Assembly: GCF_019703875.1 (NCBI RefSeq)
Contig: NZ_AP024110.1
Location: 2,455,912 to 2,519,911, forward strand
Direction: 5' to 3'
Source: Methyloradius palustris
Lineage (GTDB): Bacteria; Pseudomonadota; Gammaproteobacteria; Burkholderiales; Methylophilaceae
DNA: 64,000 bases
The notes under the pieces: generated by a model
Databases searched by the model: none
What the model was told of the DNA's origin: nothing
What the model saw: only the letters and a program-made list of their open reading frames with translations
Made by a program: the position numbers and the translations under genes
Shown here: positions 51,257-62,249 of the stretch, in pieces
Numbering within the stretch: the stretch's first letter is position 1
Layout: every line of letters begins with the position of its first letter

Positions 51257-52396
51257 TCAGATGCTAGTGAGTTTCACTGCTACTTGCTTGGTAAAGAAAC
51301 TAAAGCAAAGATATTCGTACTTCCAGCCATAGACAGCAACTGCCTCCTGAAAAGCCTTGAACTCGTCTTCGCGCCAATGGGCGTTACCGATATATTCATC
51401 AAATATAATCACTGTACCAACTTGCATGCGTGGCGCAAGTAGATTCAAAACAGTCTTGGTTGAGCTGTAAATATCACAATCTACGTTCACCAGCCTGACT
51501 GGCTCAGTATGCTCCGCAAGAAACTCCGGCAGGGTTTTATCAAACCAGCCCACATGCAAGTGCACGTTTTCAGGCACCTCAGGAATCACACCCTTGGTGG
51601 TATAACTACCTTTGGGTTCGTGGTGCCATTCATCGGGCAAACCCTCAAAACTATCAAATCCATGCACTTGCTGATCCACCAAATCGGCAAGCATATGAAT
51701 TGAGTTACCAAAACGCACTCCGAATTCCAATACCAATCCCTGAGTAGATGCATGCTTCATCGCATACTTGAATGTATTGATAGCACTACCCATAATAGGC
51801 AATCGATACTCACTCGACAATTTAATGTACTGCCAAGCATCGTATCTGGCTTGGTAAAGCATGCCAGCTTGCCTCGCACGCTCTAAATATGAGTTAACCT
51901 CCTTATCATTCGCAGCATAATCAGTCAGCAATCCAACCATAAATATTGCGTCTATATCTCTCGAATTGATTATTAATACTTTTCTAAGACTTGTAATTGC
52001 TTGTTCTGGGTTCTCTGCATCTAATACAGCGGCATGCAAGTTATAGTGCGCATCTGCGCAATCAGATTTCAAACGAATGGCTTGCTGATATTTCTTGATG
52101 GCCTCATCCAGCTTGCCTTGTTCATGATATGCCAGACCCAGATTGCTAAACGATTCGGGGTTTCTTGGATTGAGTTTTATGGCTAGAGAGAGTAATTCAA
52201 CGGCTTCTTTTGTCTTGCCATGATGGAGCGATAACGTTCCAAGTAAATGCAAGGCTTCTGGTTGGCGAGAGTCTGATTGCAGGACTTCGTGGCAGATATC
52301 TTCTGCATCCCTTATTTGGCCAAATCGATAGAAATTCCAGGCAGCTTGCAATGCAGCAGTTTGCTTGTTTTTATGTGTTGCGTTTCGAGTGGCCAT
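51257..52396 (-). CDS. TPR-repeat protein fused to class I SAM-dependent (TylF/MycF-type) methyltransferase
   Basis: N-terminal about 180 aa TPR repeats; C-terminal macrocin-O-methyltransferase-like pattern (LVLEFGVRFGNS...GFDSFEGLP...VNVDCDIYSST...IFDEY). Confidence 0.7.
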   Translation of the reverse strand: MATRNATHKNKQTAALQAAWNFYRFGQIRDAEDICHEVLQSDSRQPEALHLLGTLSLHHGKTKEAVELLSLAIKLNPRNPESFSNLGLAYHEQGKLDEAIKKYQQAIRLKSDCADAHYNLHAAVLDAENPEQAITSLRKVLIINSRDIDAIFMVGLLTDYAANDKEVNSYLERARQAGMLYQARYDAWQYIKLSSEYRLPIMGSAINTFKYAMKHASTQGLVLEFGVRFGNSIHMLADLVDQQVHGFDSFEGLPDEWHHEPKGSYTTKGVIPEVPENVHLHVGWFDKTLPEFLAEHTEPVRLVNVDCDIYSSTKTVLNLLAPRMQVGTVIIFDEYIGNAHWREDEFKAFQEAVAVYGWKYEYLCFSFFTKQVAVKLTSI

Positions 52397-52400
52397 AGGA

Positions 52401-52652
52401 TTATTTACATTGAAACGTTAATTCGCGGTTAGTGCCTCTATTATCTTCTACTTTTTTTAGCTCTGAGTAATTACCTGAGCATGCTTGGGATGCTTTATGG
52501 AAGCAACTAGCCCAGTCCTCAACCGCACCACCACAACTCGTATACATAATCTTCTGGCTTGCATCTTTCACAATGACTGGTTGCATTTCACCATGCATCA
52601 ATTGAGCGCATGCTGTTAAGGTGAGGATTAAGAATATCAATAAATATTTCAT
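52401..52652 (-). CDS. small hypothetical lipoprotein
   Basis: 83 aa; LTAC lipobox; 6 Cys. Confidence 0.4.
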   Translation of the reverse strand: MKYLLIFLILTLTACAQLMHGEMQPVIVKDASQKIMYTSCGGAVEDWASCFHKASQACSGNYSELKKVEDNRGTNRELTFQCK

Positions 52653-52729
52653 ATGTAGCTTTCGTAAAAATGAAATAAAAACGGCACCCGTAGGTGCCGT
52701 TTTAAGCTTGAACCAACTACTAAATCAGA

Positions 52730-53947
52730 CTAGTAGAACAGGATCGCGCCAAGTGAGATTGTACGTGCCTTACCTTCGCCATCGGTAGCGAAAGCACGGT
52801 CGTTTTCAATCTTGTTGTCTGTGTATTCAGCAACCAGATTCAGACTCTTGGTCAAAGGATGGTAAGCGCCAACGATCCATGACTTGTTGGTGAATTCACC
52901 ACGGCCATCTTTCAGATCGGTCTTGCTTTCACCCCAGCTTGCGCCAAGCTTGGTACCAACACCAGGAATGGTGTAAGTAGCTTGTACATAGCCACCATTG
53001 TCATCACCTTTAGTAGTACCAGCAAAACTTGTACCGCCGTTCAGAGCCAAGTTTGTACCAGTTACTGAAGAACCTGAAGACAAGCCTTTACCATCGTAGT
53101 AGTAACCAACCAAGCCGAAGCCATAAGCTGATACTTTACCGCCGATATCAATACCTGTTGTTGTGTAGCCATCAACGTTGGTTGAAACAGCAGCAAATGG
53201 GTTACCTAAAGCATCTACGCCTGCAGCAGTAGTTACTACGCCAGCTTCATGTTTTTCAGTAATACCACTCAACCAAACTTTACCAGTTACGTCAGTAGCA
53301 GCGAAGTCATAGCTTAACTTACCTTCGAAACCAAGGTTGTGGTTTGAAGCGTCAGCACCGTTTTTATAACCTTCTGTTGCACCTGCAGCAAAGCTGAAGC
53401 CATTCCAGTTAGGTGATGCATAGCTGATTTGGCCTTTCCAGTCAGCGTACATGTAACCTGAACCAATACGACCCAAAGTTGATGAGCCACCAGCACCAGC
53501 ACCAGCACCAACGCCAAGCAATGTCATGTCTGAAAGAATAGCATCAGAACCGAATATGCCTAAGTCACGACCAGCTTTAATCGTACCCCAGCTAGCATCA
53601 CCGAAGCTCAAGTAAGCTTGACGAATATTTAGTGAGTTGTTACCAAATGCTTGACCACTACCGGAATCGGTACCTGTAAAGAATGTGAATTGAATAGCAA
53701 TATCAAGATCATTTTGACGGGTCTTAGCACCGATACCCAGTGCTGATGGTAATAGACCAGTTTGGATTGTGTTAGTGGTTTTGCCAGACAAATTACCTGA
53801 GTAATTTGTATTGTTGTAGTAGGTGTTCACGTTACCGCCCAAATCAACAGTCCAGTCACCAGCAGGGATAATGATACCAGCGTTTGCAGCAGAAGCGCCG
53901 AATGCTAATACAGCACCAGCAACCGCTAAACTTAGTTTCTTATTCAT
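52730..53947 (-). CDS. general outer-membrane porin (betaproteobacterial Gram-negative porin family)
   Basis: 405 aa; signal peptide; Gly-rich 16-strand pattern; C-terminal ...LGAILFY. Confidence 0.8.
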   Translation of the reverse strand: MNKKLSLAVAGAVLAFGASAANAGIIIPAGDWTVDLGGNVNTYYNNTNYSGNLSGKTTNTIQTGLLPSALGIGAKTRQNDLDIAIQFTFFTGTDSGSGQAFGNNSLNIRQAYLSFGDASWGTIKAGRDLGIFGSDAILSDMTLLGVGAGAGAGGSSTLGRIGSGYMYADWKGQISYASPNWNGFSFAAGATEGYKNGADASNHNLGFEGKLSYDFAATDVTGKVWLSGITEKHEAGVVTTAAGVDALGNPFAAVSTNVDGYTTTGIDIGGKVSAYGFGLVGYYYDGKGLSSGSSVTGTNLALNGGTSFAGTTKGDDNGGYVQATYTIPGVGTKLGASWGESKTDLKDGRGEFTNKSWIVGAYHPLTKSLNLVAEYTDNKIENDRAFATDGEGKARTISLGAILFY

Positions 53948-54314
53948 TTAAAAGTCTCCTAAATATTTCTAATTAATATCGTCAAATCCATCACTCTAAA
54001 TTTGACTTTTTAAGTTTGCGAACCTGACGAATTTCTATTCGCGAACCCCTCTTACGAAGAGCTAAATGGAGTATGCCAAAAGCGGTGGTTTGCCTGCAAG
54101 CAAACTTTACGGTTTCTGTAATAATTTGTAACATTTAATTATTTTGTTGTAGATATACAACAGTAAAGCTAACAATTACATACAGACTTAAAGGTTAATA
54201 ACTAGAAAAAAACGCCAATATCTCTTGCTATGACTGGGCTTGCGTAGAATATTAAAAGGCCGAGTGACCAGTTTATTTATGTTTAGACCATCAAGATAAC
54301 CAGTAACAATTAGC

Positions 54315-55457
54315 CTACAGCTCTCGCTCCGACACAGCATAAATACGCTGGTGTTCGCGTATGGCATAGCGATCTGTCATCCCTGCAATATAGTCGGCCA
54401 CGGCGCGTGGTTTATTTTCAACTGCTTTCAATTGAAAATCATCTGGCATCAGCTTGATATCTTCAACAAATGCATTGAACAGCTCTTTGATAATGCGATT
54501 AGCTTTTGCGCTCATACGGTTAACACGGTAATGCTGATAAAGTTTGGTACGCAAAAAACGCTTAAGCGTGAGTTGCTGTTCGTATAACTCAGTACTGAAC
54601 GCCATGAGCTGTGGCAGATTGCGCACCTCTGCAATAGTTTGCGGGCTTGCTGCTTCGATATTGTTGGCACTCGTATTACATAGGTCTGTAACTAGTGCAT
54701 TGATCATTCGGCGCACTGTTTCGTGTATTAGGCGCCTATCAGTTACTTGCGGATATTTTTCTCTAACAGCTGCAAGCTGGTCGGCAAACAGCGGGACGTC
54801 TTCTAACTGCTCAAGCGTAATCAAACCTGAGCGCAGGCCGTCGTCCACATCATGATTATTGTAAGCAATTTCATCTGCGAGATTAGCAACTTGCGCCTCA
54901 AGCGAAGGTTGGGTTTTATTGATGAAGCGTTCGCCTACATCACCCAGCAATTGCGCATTTTTAACTGAGCAGTGCTTGAGTATGCCTTCACGCAGTTCAA
55001 ACGTAAGGTTTAAACCATCAAACTCAGCGTAATGCTGCTCCAGTTGATCAACTACGCGTAAAGATTGCAAGTTATGTTCAAACCCACCGAAATCTTGCAT
55101 GCATTTATTCAGGGCATCTTGCCCCGCATGGCCAAATGGTGTGTGCCCTAAATCATGAGCAAGGCAGATGGCCTCAACTAAATCTTCATGTAAGCCTAAT
55201 GTGCGGGCGATAGTCCTGCCTATTTGTGCCACCTCCAAACTATGTGTTAGCCGGGTGCGGAACAAATCACCCTCATGGTTCACAAATACCTGGGTCTTGT
55301 ATTCTAGCCGTCTGAATGCGGCTGAATGAATAATACGGTCACGATCACGCTGGAATTCATTGCGGCTTTGTGGTGGAGCCTCTTTGTGCTTACGCCCCAG
55401 GGTAAGTGCTGGATCAGCTGCATACGGGGCTAGTTGGTTCAATGAATTACCTATCAT
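54315..55457 (-). CDS. dgt: dGTP triphosphohydrolase-like HD phosphohydrolase
   Basis: 380 aa; HD motif (HSLEVAQ...[10 protein letters not shown]). Confidence 0.85.
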   Translation of the reverse strand: MIGNSLNQLAPYAADPALTLGRKHKEAPPQSRNEFQRDRDRIIHSAAFRRLEYKTQVFVNHEGDLFRTRLTHSLEVAQIGRTIARTLGLHEDLVEAICLAHDLGHTPFGHAGQDALNKCMQDFGGFEHNLQSLRVVDQLEQHYAEFDGLNLTFELREGILKHCSVKNAQLLGDVGERFINKTQPSLEAQVANLADEIAYNNHDVDDGLRSGLITLEQLEDVPLFADQLAAVREKYPQVTDRRLIHETVRRMINALVTDLCNTSANNIEAASPQTIAEVRNLPQLMAFSTELYEQQLTLKRFLRTKLYQHYRVNRMSAKANRIIKELFNAFVEDIKLMPDDFQLKAVENKPRAVADYIAGMTDRYAIREHQRIYAVSEREL

Positions 55458-55471
55458 GATTATTTTAAGAT

Positions 55472-56554
55472 TTACGGTGCTAATGACAAGGTGTCGCGTA
55501 ATTTTTGTGTATCGTAATCACTAGTAATCACGGATTTACCAATGCCTTGTTGTAATACCAATCTAATTTTTCCATTCTCGACCTTTTTATCTAAGCCCAT
55601 AAGATCAAGGTATCGATCAACACCTAAATCAGGTGCATCTACAGGTAATAGTGCAGCCTTTAAAATTTGGCTGATGCGTGCAAATTGTTCAGCATCTAAC
55701 CAACCTAGTCTGCGTGAAAAATCGGCAGCTAATACTGTACCTGCTGCAACAGCTTCGCCATGCAGCCAAACGCCATAACCCATAGCGTTTTCGATAGCAT
55801 GACCAAAAGTATGGCCCAGATTCAATAGCGCACGCTCGCCACTTTCTCGTTCGTCTGCCGACACTACTTCAGCCTTATTCTCACATGAGCGATAAACCGC
55901 ATAAGCAATTGCTGCAGACTCTAACTTAACCAAATCAGGCATATTTTTTTCTAGCCATTCAAAGAATGGCAAATCACGAATTAAGCCATATTTGATCACT
56001 TCGGCTAAACCAGCGGATAGTTCACGTGTAGGTAAAGTTTTTAAGGTTTCTATATCAGCAAGTACCACTTGTGGCTGGTAAAAAGCACCGATCATATTTT
56101 TGCCAAGCGGATGATTGATGCCAGTTTTGCCACCTACGGATGAATCCACTTGGGCCAATAGCGTGGTAGGGATTTGTATAAAAGGTACCCCACGTAAATA
56201 GGTCGCTGCTGCATATCCTGTAAGGTCGCCAATTACGCCACCACCTAATGCAATCAGTGTTGTATTACGCTCGCAACGGTTCTGCAATAAAGTATCGTAT
56301 ATCGTATTGAGCGTCTCGGCATTTTTAAAACGCTCTCCATCAGGCAATATGATATTGGTAATTGATACACCCTCACTCGTTAAAGTTTGGGTCAATTTTT
56401 CGAGATAAAGTGGCGCGACTGTCGTATTAGTAACAATCGCTACCTGTTTGGATTTTAAATACGGCAATATAAAATCTGCCCGACTGAGCAAGTCTTGCCC
56501 AATATGAATTGGATATGATCTATCGCCAAGAGAGACTTGTAGTGTTTGTGTCAT
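55472..56554 (-). CDS. aroB: 3-dehydroquinate synthase
   Basis: 360 aa; [19 protein letters not shown] and metal-binding His motifs. Confidence 0.93.
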   Translation of the reverse strand: MTQTLQVSLGDRSYPIHIGQDLLSRADFILPYLKSKQVAIVTNTTVAPLYLEKLTQTLTSEGVSITNIILPDGERFKNAETLNTIYDTLLQNRCERNTTLIALGGGVIGDLTGYAAATYLRGVPFIQIPTTLLAQVDSSVGGKTGINHPLGKNMIGAFYQPQVVLADIETLKTLPTRELSAGLAEVIKYGLIRDLPFFEWLEKNMPDLVKLESAAIAYAVYRSCENKAEVVSADERESGERALLNLGHTFGHAIENAMGYGVWLHGEAVAAGTVLAADFSRRLGWLDAEQFARISQILKAALLPVDAPDLGVDRYLDLMGLDKKVENGKIRLVLQQGIGKSVITSDYDTQKLRDTLSLAP

Positions 56555-57060
56555 TGGTTAATCTGTTCTTCTATATGGTGCAGAATATTGCTTACTGGCT
56601 GACCGCCCGTATCAACAATATAAGTCGCAACTTCTCTATACAATGGGTCGCGTTGCTCAAACAGCTCTTCTAATTTGGCGCGCGGATTATTATTTTGCAA
56701 CAAGGGACGATTTTTATCATTGCGTGTTCTTAACCACAACTCATGGACATTTGCCCTGAGATAGATCACTGTGCCAGCACCTTTGATAACTTCGCGGTTT
56801 TCTTTACACAGCACCGCACCACCGCCAGTAGCAAGTACCACATCCTCAAGATTTGTTAACTCTTGAATCATCTGGCTTTCACGCTTACGAAACCCGGCCT
56901 CGCCCTCAACCTCAAATATATATGGCACGGTAACGCCAGTTCTGCGCTCTATTTCTTGGTCTGTATCGTAGAACGATTTATTGAGATGCTTAGCAAGCAA
57001 GCGTCCAACTGTTGTTTTGCCTGCCCCCATTAACCCTACAAAAATTATATTGCCATCCAT
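56551..57060 (-). CDS. aroK: shikimate kinase
   Basis: 169 aa; P-loop [11 protein letters not shown]. Confidence 0.93.
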   Translation of the reverse strand: MDGNIIFVGLMGAGKTTVGRLLAKHLNKSFYDTDQEIERRTGVTVPYIFEVEGEAGFRKRESQMIQELTNLEDVVLATGGGAVLCKENREVIKGAGTVIYLRANVHELWLRTRNDKNRPLLQNNNPRAKLEELFEQRDPLYREVATYIVDTGGQPVSNILHHIEEQINQ

Positions 57061-57124
57061 AAAAAATGCCCATCATGTTCATGATAGGCATTTTAAGTGA
57101 TATCAGCTTAACTGTCAGATATGA

Positions 57125-59236
57125 CTACCGAACAGATAGATTATCATCAAGAATTCTAGGAGTGATAAATATCAACAACTCTGTTTTATCATTCTGGCGC
57201 GTTGTTCTTTTAAACAGGTTACCAAGATATGGAATGTTGCCAAAGAAAGGCACTTTATCAATATCAATACGTTCAGTTTGTTGGTATATCCCCCCCAAGA
57301 CTGCTGTTTCACCATTTGAAACTAAAACCTCGGTTTTAACACGCTGTGTATCAATAGATGGAACACTATTAAAGATTACCCCAACTTGATCTTTTTTAAC
57401 CTCAAGCTTCATGTTGATTTTGTCGTCTGGTGTAATTTGCGGCGTAACCGTCAACTTTAAAACTGCATCCTTAAATGCTACTGCTGGCACCGTAGTTGCA
57501 CTCGAAGCAGGGGTTATATATGGAATCTGCGTACCTTGCTCAATAATGGCTTCTTGCTGGTTGCCTGTAGTCACTCGTGGACTCGAAACAATTTTTCCTC
57601 GGTTATCAGTTTCCAATGCAGACAACTCAAGGTTAAGCAAAAAGTTTGCAGGCAATCTAAATAGACTAAAACCTAAGCTACCATAGGCTGCTGATACAGG
57701 TAGGTTGACATTTAATGCATCTGTGGAAGTCTTGACATTTGTGGTCCCAGTAGCAAGACCCTCAGCACCAGAAGCAGTACTGCTGATTCCGTAACCCCCG
57801 TTCGCTGTAGAAGTTCCTTTCTGTATACCAAATCTGGCACCAAGAGTTTTACCAAATTTCTCATCTGCAATCACCAACCTAGATTCAATCATCACCTGTC
57901 TGACTGGGATATCAATTTTGTTGATGATTCGTTGTACTTCCTCAAGATGCCTTGCTGTGTCTTGTACAAACATTGTATTTGTACGAGGATCCATTACCGC
58001 GCTACCGCGCTTCGATAGTATTTTTTGATTTTCATCAGTAAGAATAGTCTTGAAAGATTCTGCTTTCATATATTTGAGCGTGAACACTTCAGTACGCAAT
58101 GGTTCTAAATCATCGATTTGCTGATTAGCTTCTAACTGCAATTTTTCTTTGGCAGTTACTTCATCCAACGGAGCGATTAAAACGACGTTACCTGTTTTGC
58201 GCTGTGTTAACCCTTTGCTTTGCATAATAATATCCAAAGCTTGGTCCCAAGGCACATCTTTCAAACGAAGAGTCAGATTGCCTGTAACAGTATCACTTGT
58301 AATTATATTGAGGCCTGTGAAATCAGCAATAACTTGCAATACGGAACGAATGTCAATATTTTGAAAATTAAGTGATAGTTTTTCTCCGCCATATCCAGGC
58401 TTGCCATTTTGAACGAGGCGATTGGGGTCATCTGGTATTGGTCTTACATCTACAATAAACTTTTTATCTGCTTGATAGGCTGATTGCTCCCAATTACCTT
58501 GGGGTTCAATCACAATTCGCGTATTTTTGCCTTGTTTCATCGCATCCACGTAGAGAACTGGCGTATTGAAATTAATAACGTTAAGTCTGCGTTGCAAGTT
58601 CGCAGGTATATCAGTATTAATAAAATCAACTACAATGGTTTTACCTTGCTGACGAATATCAATACCCGCAGCTGCATCTGATAAGTCAACCATAATCCGA
58701 CCTTCACCATTTTTCCCACGAATGAAATCGATATTATTTAGCATGTGCGGGACATCACCAGCCTTTACTTCTGCAAAACGCGTTACATTAGCAGGCGTAT
58801 CAGCAGTTATTTCGTTTGTCTGCAAAACAATGGTAGTTTCATTACCACTTACATTAGTGCTGTAGCCCACAGACTTGGATAAATTAAGCACCATGCGCGT
58901 TCTATCTTTAGCCTGCGCAAGACTAATACTCTTAAGCGCACCTTGATCTGCACTGAGGTTGTTTTTAGCAAGACCACTCGCAACACCTGGAAAATCAAGC
59001 GCAATTCGTGGTGGATTAGTTAATGTAAAACCAGCAGGAACATTACTGAGTGCTTGAGAAGTTTTAATTTTAATAGCTACTCTGCCACCAGGTAGAGTTG
59101 AAAAATCCACTTGTTCAATCTTGTTGCTCAAGTCTGGTTGATCCTCAGCATTTGCACTAGCAAAATAAAGGGCTGAGAAGCCAATTATTATTTGAAACAG
59201 AAAAGTATTTAAATATTTTTTTCTCATTGTTTTCAC
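57125..59236 (-). CDS. pilQ: type IV pilus secretin PilQ
   Basis: 703 aa; AMIN domains; N0 domain; secretin C-domain. Confidence 0.9.
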   Translation of the reverse strand: MKTMRKKYLNTFLFQIIIGFSALYFASANAEDQPDLSNKIEQVDFSTLPGGRVAIKIKTSQALSNVPAGFTLTNPPRIALDFPGVASGLAKNNLSADQGALKSISLAQAKDRTRMVLNLSKSVGYSTNVSGNETTIVLQTNEITADTPANVTRFAEVKAGDVPHMLNNIDFIRGKNGEGRIMVDLSDAAAGIDIRQQGKTIVVDFINTDIPANLQRRLNVINFNTPVLYVDAMKQGKNTRIVIEPQGNWEQSAYQADKKFIVDVRPIPDDPNRLVQNGKPGYGGEKLSLNFQNIDIRSVLQVIADFTGLNIITSDTVTGNLTLRLKDVPWDQALDIIMQSKGLTQRKTGNVVLIAPLDEVTAKEKLQLEANQQIDDLEPLRTEVFTLKYMKAESFKTILTDENQKILSKRGSAVMDPRTNTMFVQDTARHLEEVQRIINKIDIPVRQVMIESRLVIADEKFGKTLGARFGIQKGTSTANGGYGISSTASGAEGLATGTTNVKTSTDALNVNLPVSAAYGSLGFSLFRLPANFLLNLELSALETDNRGKIVSSPRVTTGNQQEAIIEQGTQIPYITPASSATTVPAVAFKDAVLKLTVTPQITPDDKINMKLEVKKDQVGVIFNSVPSIDTQRVKTEVLVSNGETAVLGGIYQQTERIDIDKVPFFGNIPYLGNLFKRTTRQNDKTELLIFITPRILDDNLSVR

Positions 59237-59238
59237 CC

Positions 59239-59784
59239 TTATTCCTGCAAATTAATGCTTGAAGTACGATCTGTCCAATCGCCCGTCAAATCATCTTGAA
59301 CAATTTCTTTAATCATTACAGCGTTATCACTGATCTCAGTAACTATTCCAAAGTTCTGTCCCAAATAATTACCTATTTTGACTTGTTGTATATTTCCGTC
59401 TGGGGTTTTAATTAGCGCATATGTTAATTTCTGTTTTGCCAGCAAACCAACATATTTAAGACTTTCTAGTGGATATGCCTCTAATGGTTCTTTAGGCCTA
59501 ACCAAATTAGGCTGTATCCCGCCCGTTGAGCTATTTTTTGCTTTCCTAGCCTTAAAAGGATCATTTAGTTGACCATCAGCGTTAAATTCTGTTGCCGTAT
59601 AAGGCTTTACTTCTGGAATGGGATCAATTTTAGGCTGCATATCATTAGCGGCGGTACTCATAAACTGATCTAGGTCATCGCCTTGATTTGACCCGCATGA
59701 AATCAGCAAAAATACACATACCGTGATCAGCATTGATCCAGCTGACAAATTTAATTTCTTATTGTAATCATTGAGAATTGTCAT
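59239..59784 (-). CDS. pilP: type IV pilus assembly lipoprotein PilP
   Basis: 181 aa; lipobox; position in pilMNOPQ. Confidence 0.8.
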   Translation of the reverse strand: MTILNDYNKKLNLSAGSMLITVCVFLLISCGSNQGDDLDQFMSTAANDMQPKIDPIPEVKPYTATEFNADGQLNDPFKARKAKNSSTGGIQPNLVRPKEPLEAYPLESLKYVGLLAKQKLTYALIKTPDGNIQQVKIGNYLGQNFGIVTEISDNAVMIKEIVQDDLTGDWTDRTSSINLQE

Positions 59785-59796
59785 AATTATCGGCCT

Positions 59797-60420
59797 CTAT
59801 TTCTTGGTACCTTTTTTAGTCGAAATCTCTGAGGCATCAAGATAACGATAAGTTTTCGCTGTTGCTTCAATAGCCAATCCAGACTCTTTACCATCCTTAC
59901 CTATGCTTGAAGTAATTGATATATCGTTCAGTGTAACAATACGTGAGAGTTTTGAAATATCACTCGCGAAAGCACCCAAATCAAAGTAAGTACCAGTCAC
60001 TTTTATATAAATTGGCAATTCCGCATAAAAACCGTTATAGGTTTCTTGTCCTGGCTTAAATAATTCAAAATCTAAACCACGCTCTAGGCCAGCCTGATTT
60101 ATGTCAGTCAGCAAACCATCCATTTGAGATTTATCAGGTAATTGTTTCAACAACACACCAAAAGTTTTCTCAATATCAACCATTTGCTGTTTATAAGAGT
60201 CAAGATTGATTGCCTGTCGCTTTTTATTGAGAAAAACCTCTCGCAAATCGGCCTCTTTAGCCTTGGCTGTTGCTAGATCATCAAGTAAAGGGCTCCATAC
60301 AAAGTAGTAACCAACGCCCACCAGAGTAATCAGTAAAATTCCAAGCAATACACCCTTAACTGGTAAAGGTAATGTACCAGCAGTTTTAAAATCTATATGG
60401 TTGAAGTCTTCGAGCTTCAT
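59797..60420 (-). CDS. pilO: type IV pilus assembly protein PilO
   Basis: 207 aa; N-terminal TM plus coiled coil. Confidence 0.8.
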   Translation of the reverse strand: MKLEDFNHIDFKTAGTLPLPVKGVLLGILLITLVGVGYYFVWSPLLDDLATAKAKEADLREVFLNKKRQAINLDSYKQQMVDIEKTFGVLLKQLPDKSQMDGLLTDINQAGLERGLDFELFKPGQETYNGFYAELPIYIKVTGTYFDLGAFASDISKLSRIVTLNDISITSSIGKDGKESGLAIEATAKTYRYLDASEISTKKGTKK

Positions 60421-61001
60421 GGTTTTGCCCCTTTAGATTTGCCATCATCCGAAGCTGGGGTTGGGGGCTTGATTAAGACGCTCAATGTAAAGTTGTTTTG
60501 CTTGGCTGACCCAAGAGAAACCGTCTTTATCTCTATAAGATTGGGGGACTCCAACCATTGAGATTGAGATAAATTTCGTACCAAAGTTGCTACTCGTGCA
60601 TTAGTATCAGCGAGCCCCTCAAGCATAATCATCGAACCTTGCTGCCTGATTGATTTTAAGAACAATCCTTCTGGTAATTGCCGGGCAATTTCATCAAGCA
60701 AGATCACCGCTTGGCTACGATTCGTTTGCAAATCCTCTACAACCTTCTTACGCTCAAGAACAGCACTAATCTGGCCTTTTAATTGTTTAATAGATTCAAT
60801 TTCTTTATCTAGCTTTGCATTGGCTTCATCTAGGCGTTTATTTCTGCTTTGCTGCGCTTCGACTTGTGCATCAATAAAGGAATAACCCATAAATACGATA
60901 ACGGCAGCAACCATCAGCGTGCCAATAAGCATTAGATTAAATTCACGCTGACGTTCTGCGCGTTTAATCTGTCTGTGAGGTAATAGATTAATCCGTACCA
61001 T
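60417..61001 (-). CDS. pilN: type IV pilus assembly protein PilN
   Basis: 194 aa; MVRINLLPHR conserved N-terminus. Confidence 0.8.
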   Translation of the reverse strand: MVRINLLPHRQIKRAERQREFNLMLIGTLMVAAVIVFMGYSFIDAQVEAQQSRNKRLDEANAKLDKEIESIKQLKGQISAVLERKKVVEDLQTNRSQAVILLDEIARQLPEGLFLKSIRQQGSMIMLEGLADTNARVATLVRNLSQSQWLESPNLIEIKTVSLGSAKQNNFTLSVLIKPPTPASDDGKSKGAKP

Positions 61002-62071
61002 TAATCAACTCCTCGCATGGCCAAACCACATGCTATTAAAAGCGATGGTGCATCAGCAAAAACTTGTTGTTGTTTGATACGTGAATTCAAGCTCATTTTA
61101 CTGAATGGATTAGCTATCAGCGTATTGACCTGAACACGCTCTTGCACGATGACATCTACTCCAGGGATGGCGGCACAGCCGCCTGCCAAGATGATATGAT
61201 CAACGCGGTTGTATTGGGTAGAGCTAGTGAAAAACTGAACTGCGCGGGCTACTTCAAGCGCCATGTTCTGAACAAAAGGCTGAAGTACCTCTGACTCGTA
61301 GCTATCTGGCAGGCCACCTTTGCGTTTAGCGATCTCCGCTTCTTCTAAGGTTAAACCAAATCGACGCTGAATTTCTTGGGTGAGTTGTCCGCCACCAAAT
61401 GCCTGTTCACGTATATAGACGGACTCATTATCGTGCATCACATTGATATGGATGAGTGAGGAACCAACATCCAGAATCATCACTGTTTGACCTTTACCAT
61501 GATCTGGCAACTGGTCTGCGATCAGCGTGTAGGCTGTTTCTGTGGCGTAAGTTTCCACATCCATGACCGTTACTCTGAGGCCAGCACCTTCGGCGGCTGC
61601 CACACGATCTTCGATTTTCTCTTTACGTGATGCGGCGATAAGCACTTCAACTTCGTCAGGATTGTTAGGTGCCGGGCCGATGACCTGGAAGTCAATATTC
61701 ACTTCATCTAGCGAGAACGGAATGTATTGATTGGCTTCAGCCTCTACTTGCAATTCCATGTCCTGCTCGCGGAGGCCAGATTGCATGATGACTTTTTTAC
61801 TAATGACTGCGGCGGCAGGGAGCGCTAGCGCCACACGCTTCTCGCGAGAGCCTAATAGCTTCCACGCTCGTTTGAACGCATCTGAGACTTGGTCAAGCTC
61901 GCCAATGTTTCCGTCAACGACTGCATCCTTAGTAAGCGATGCAATAGCATAACCCTCAAGGTGATATGCACCCTTGCTCCCCTGTGACAACTCGACCATC
62001 TTGATAGAAGTAGAACTAATATCTACCCCAATGAGTGGCGGTGTCTTTTCTGAAAAAAAATCAAATTTCAA
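61001..62071 (-). CDS. pilM: type IV pilus assembly ATPase-like protein PilM
   Basis: 356 aa; actin-like fold (LIGVDISSTSIKMVEL). Confidence 0.9.
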   Translation of the reverse strand: MKFDFFSEKTPPLIGVDISSTSIKMVELSQGSKGAYHLEGYAIASLTKDAVVDGNIGELDQVSDAFKRAWKLLGSREKRVALALPAAAVISKKVIMQSGLREQDMELQVEAEANQYIPFSLDEVNIDFQVIGPAPNNPDEVEVLIAASRKEKIEDRVAAAEGAGLRVTVMDVETYATETAYTLIADQLPDHGKGQTVMILDVGSSLIHINVMHDNESVYIREQAFGGGQLTQEIQRRFGLTLEEAEIAKRKGGLPDSYESEVLQPFVQNMALEVARAVQFFTSSTQYNRVDHIILAGGCAAIPGVDVIVQERVQVNTLIANPFSKMSLNSRIKQQQVFADAPSLLIACGLAMRGVD

Positions 62072-62249
62072 AGTGAAATTCTCTTTCTATATTGAGTAGT
62101 TACGCACAATACTAATAATTTACATTAAATGCTAGCAACAACTTTAACCCCTGTAAAGCAAATTCTATTTTTAATTCCAATTGAAGGCAAAAGTGAGACA
62201 CATTTATAGTATATTCACATTGTGATTTTCAATTAAATAGTTATCGAAC

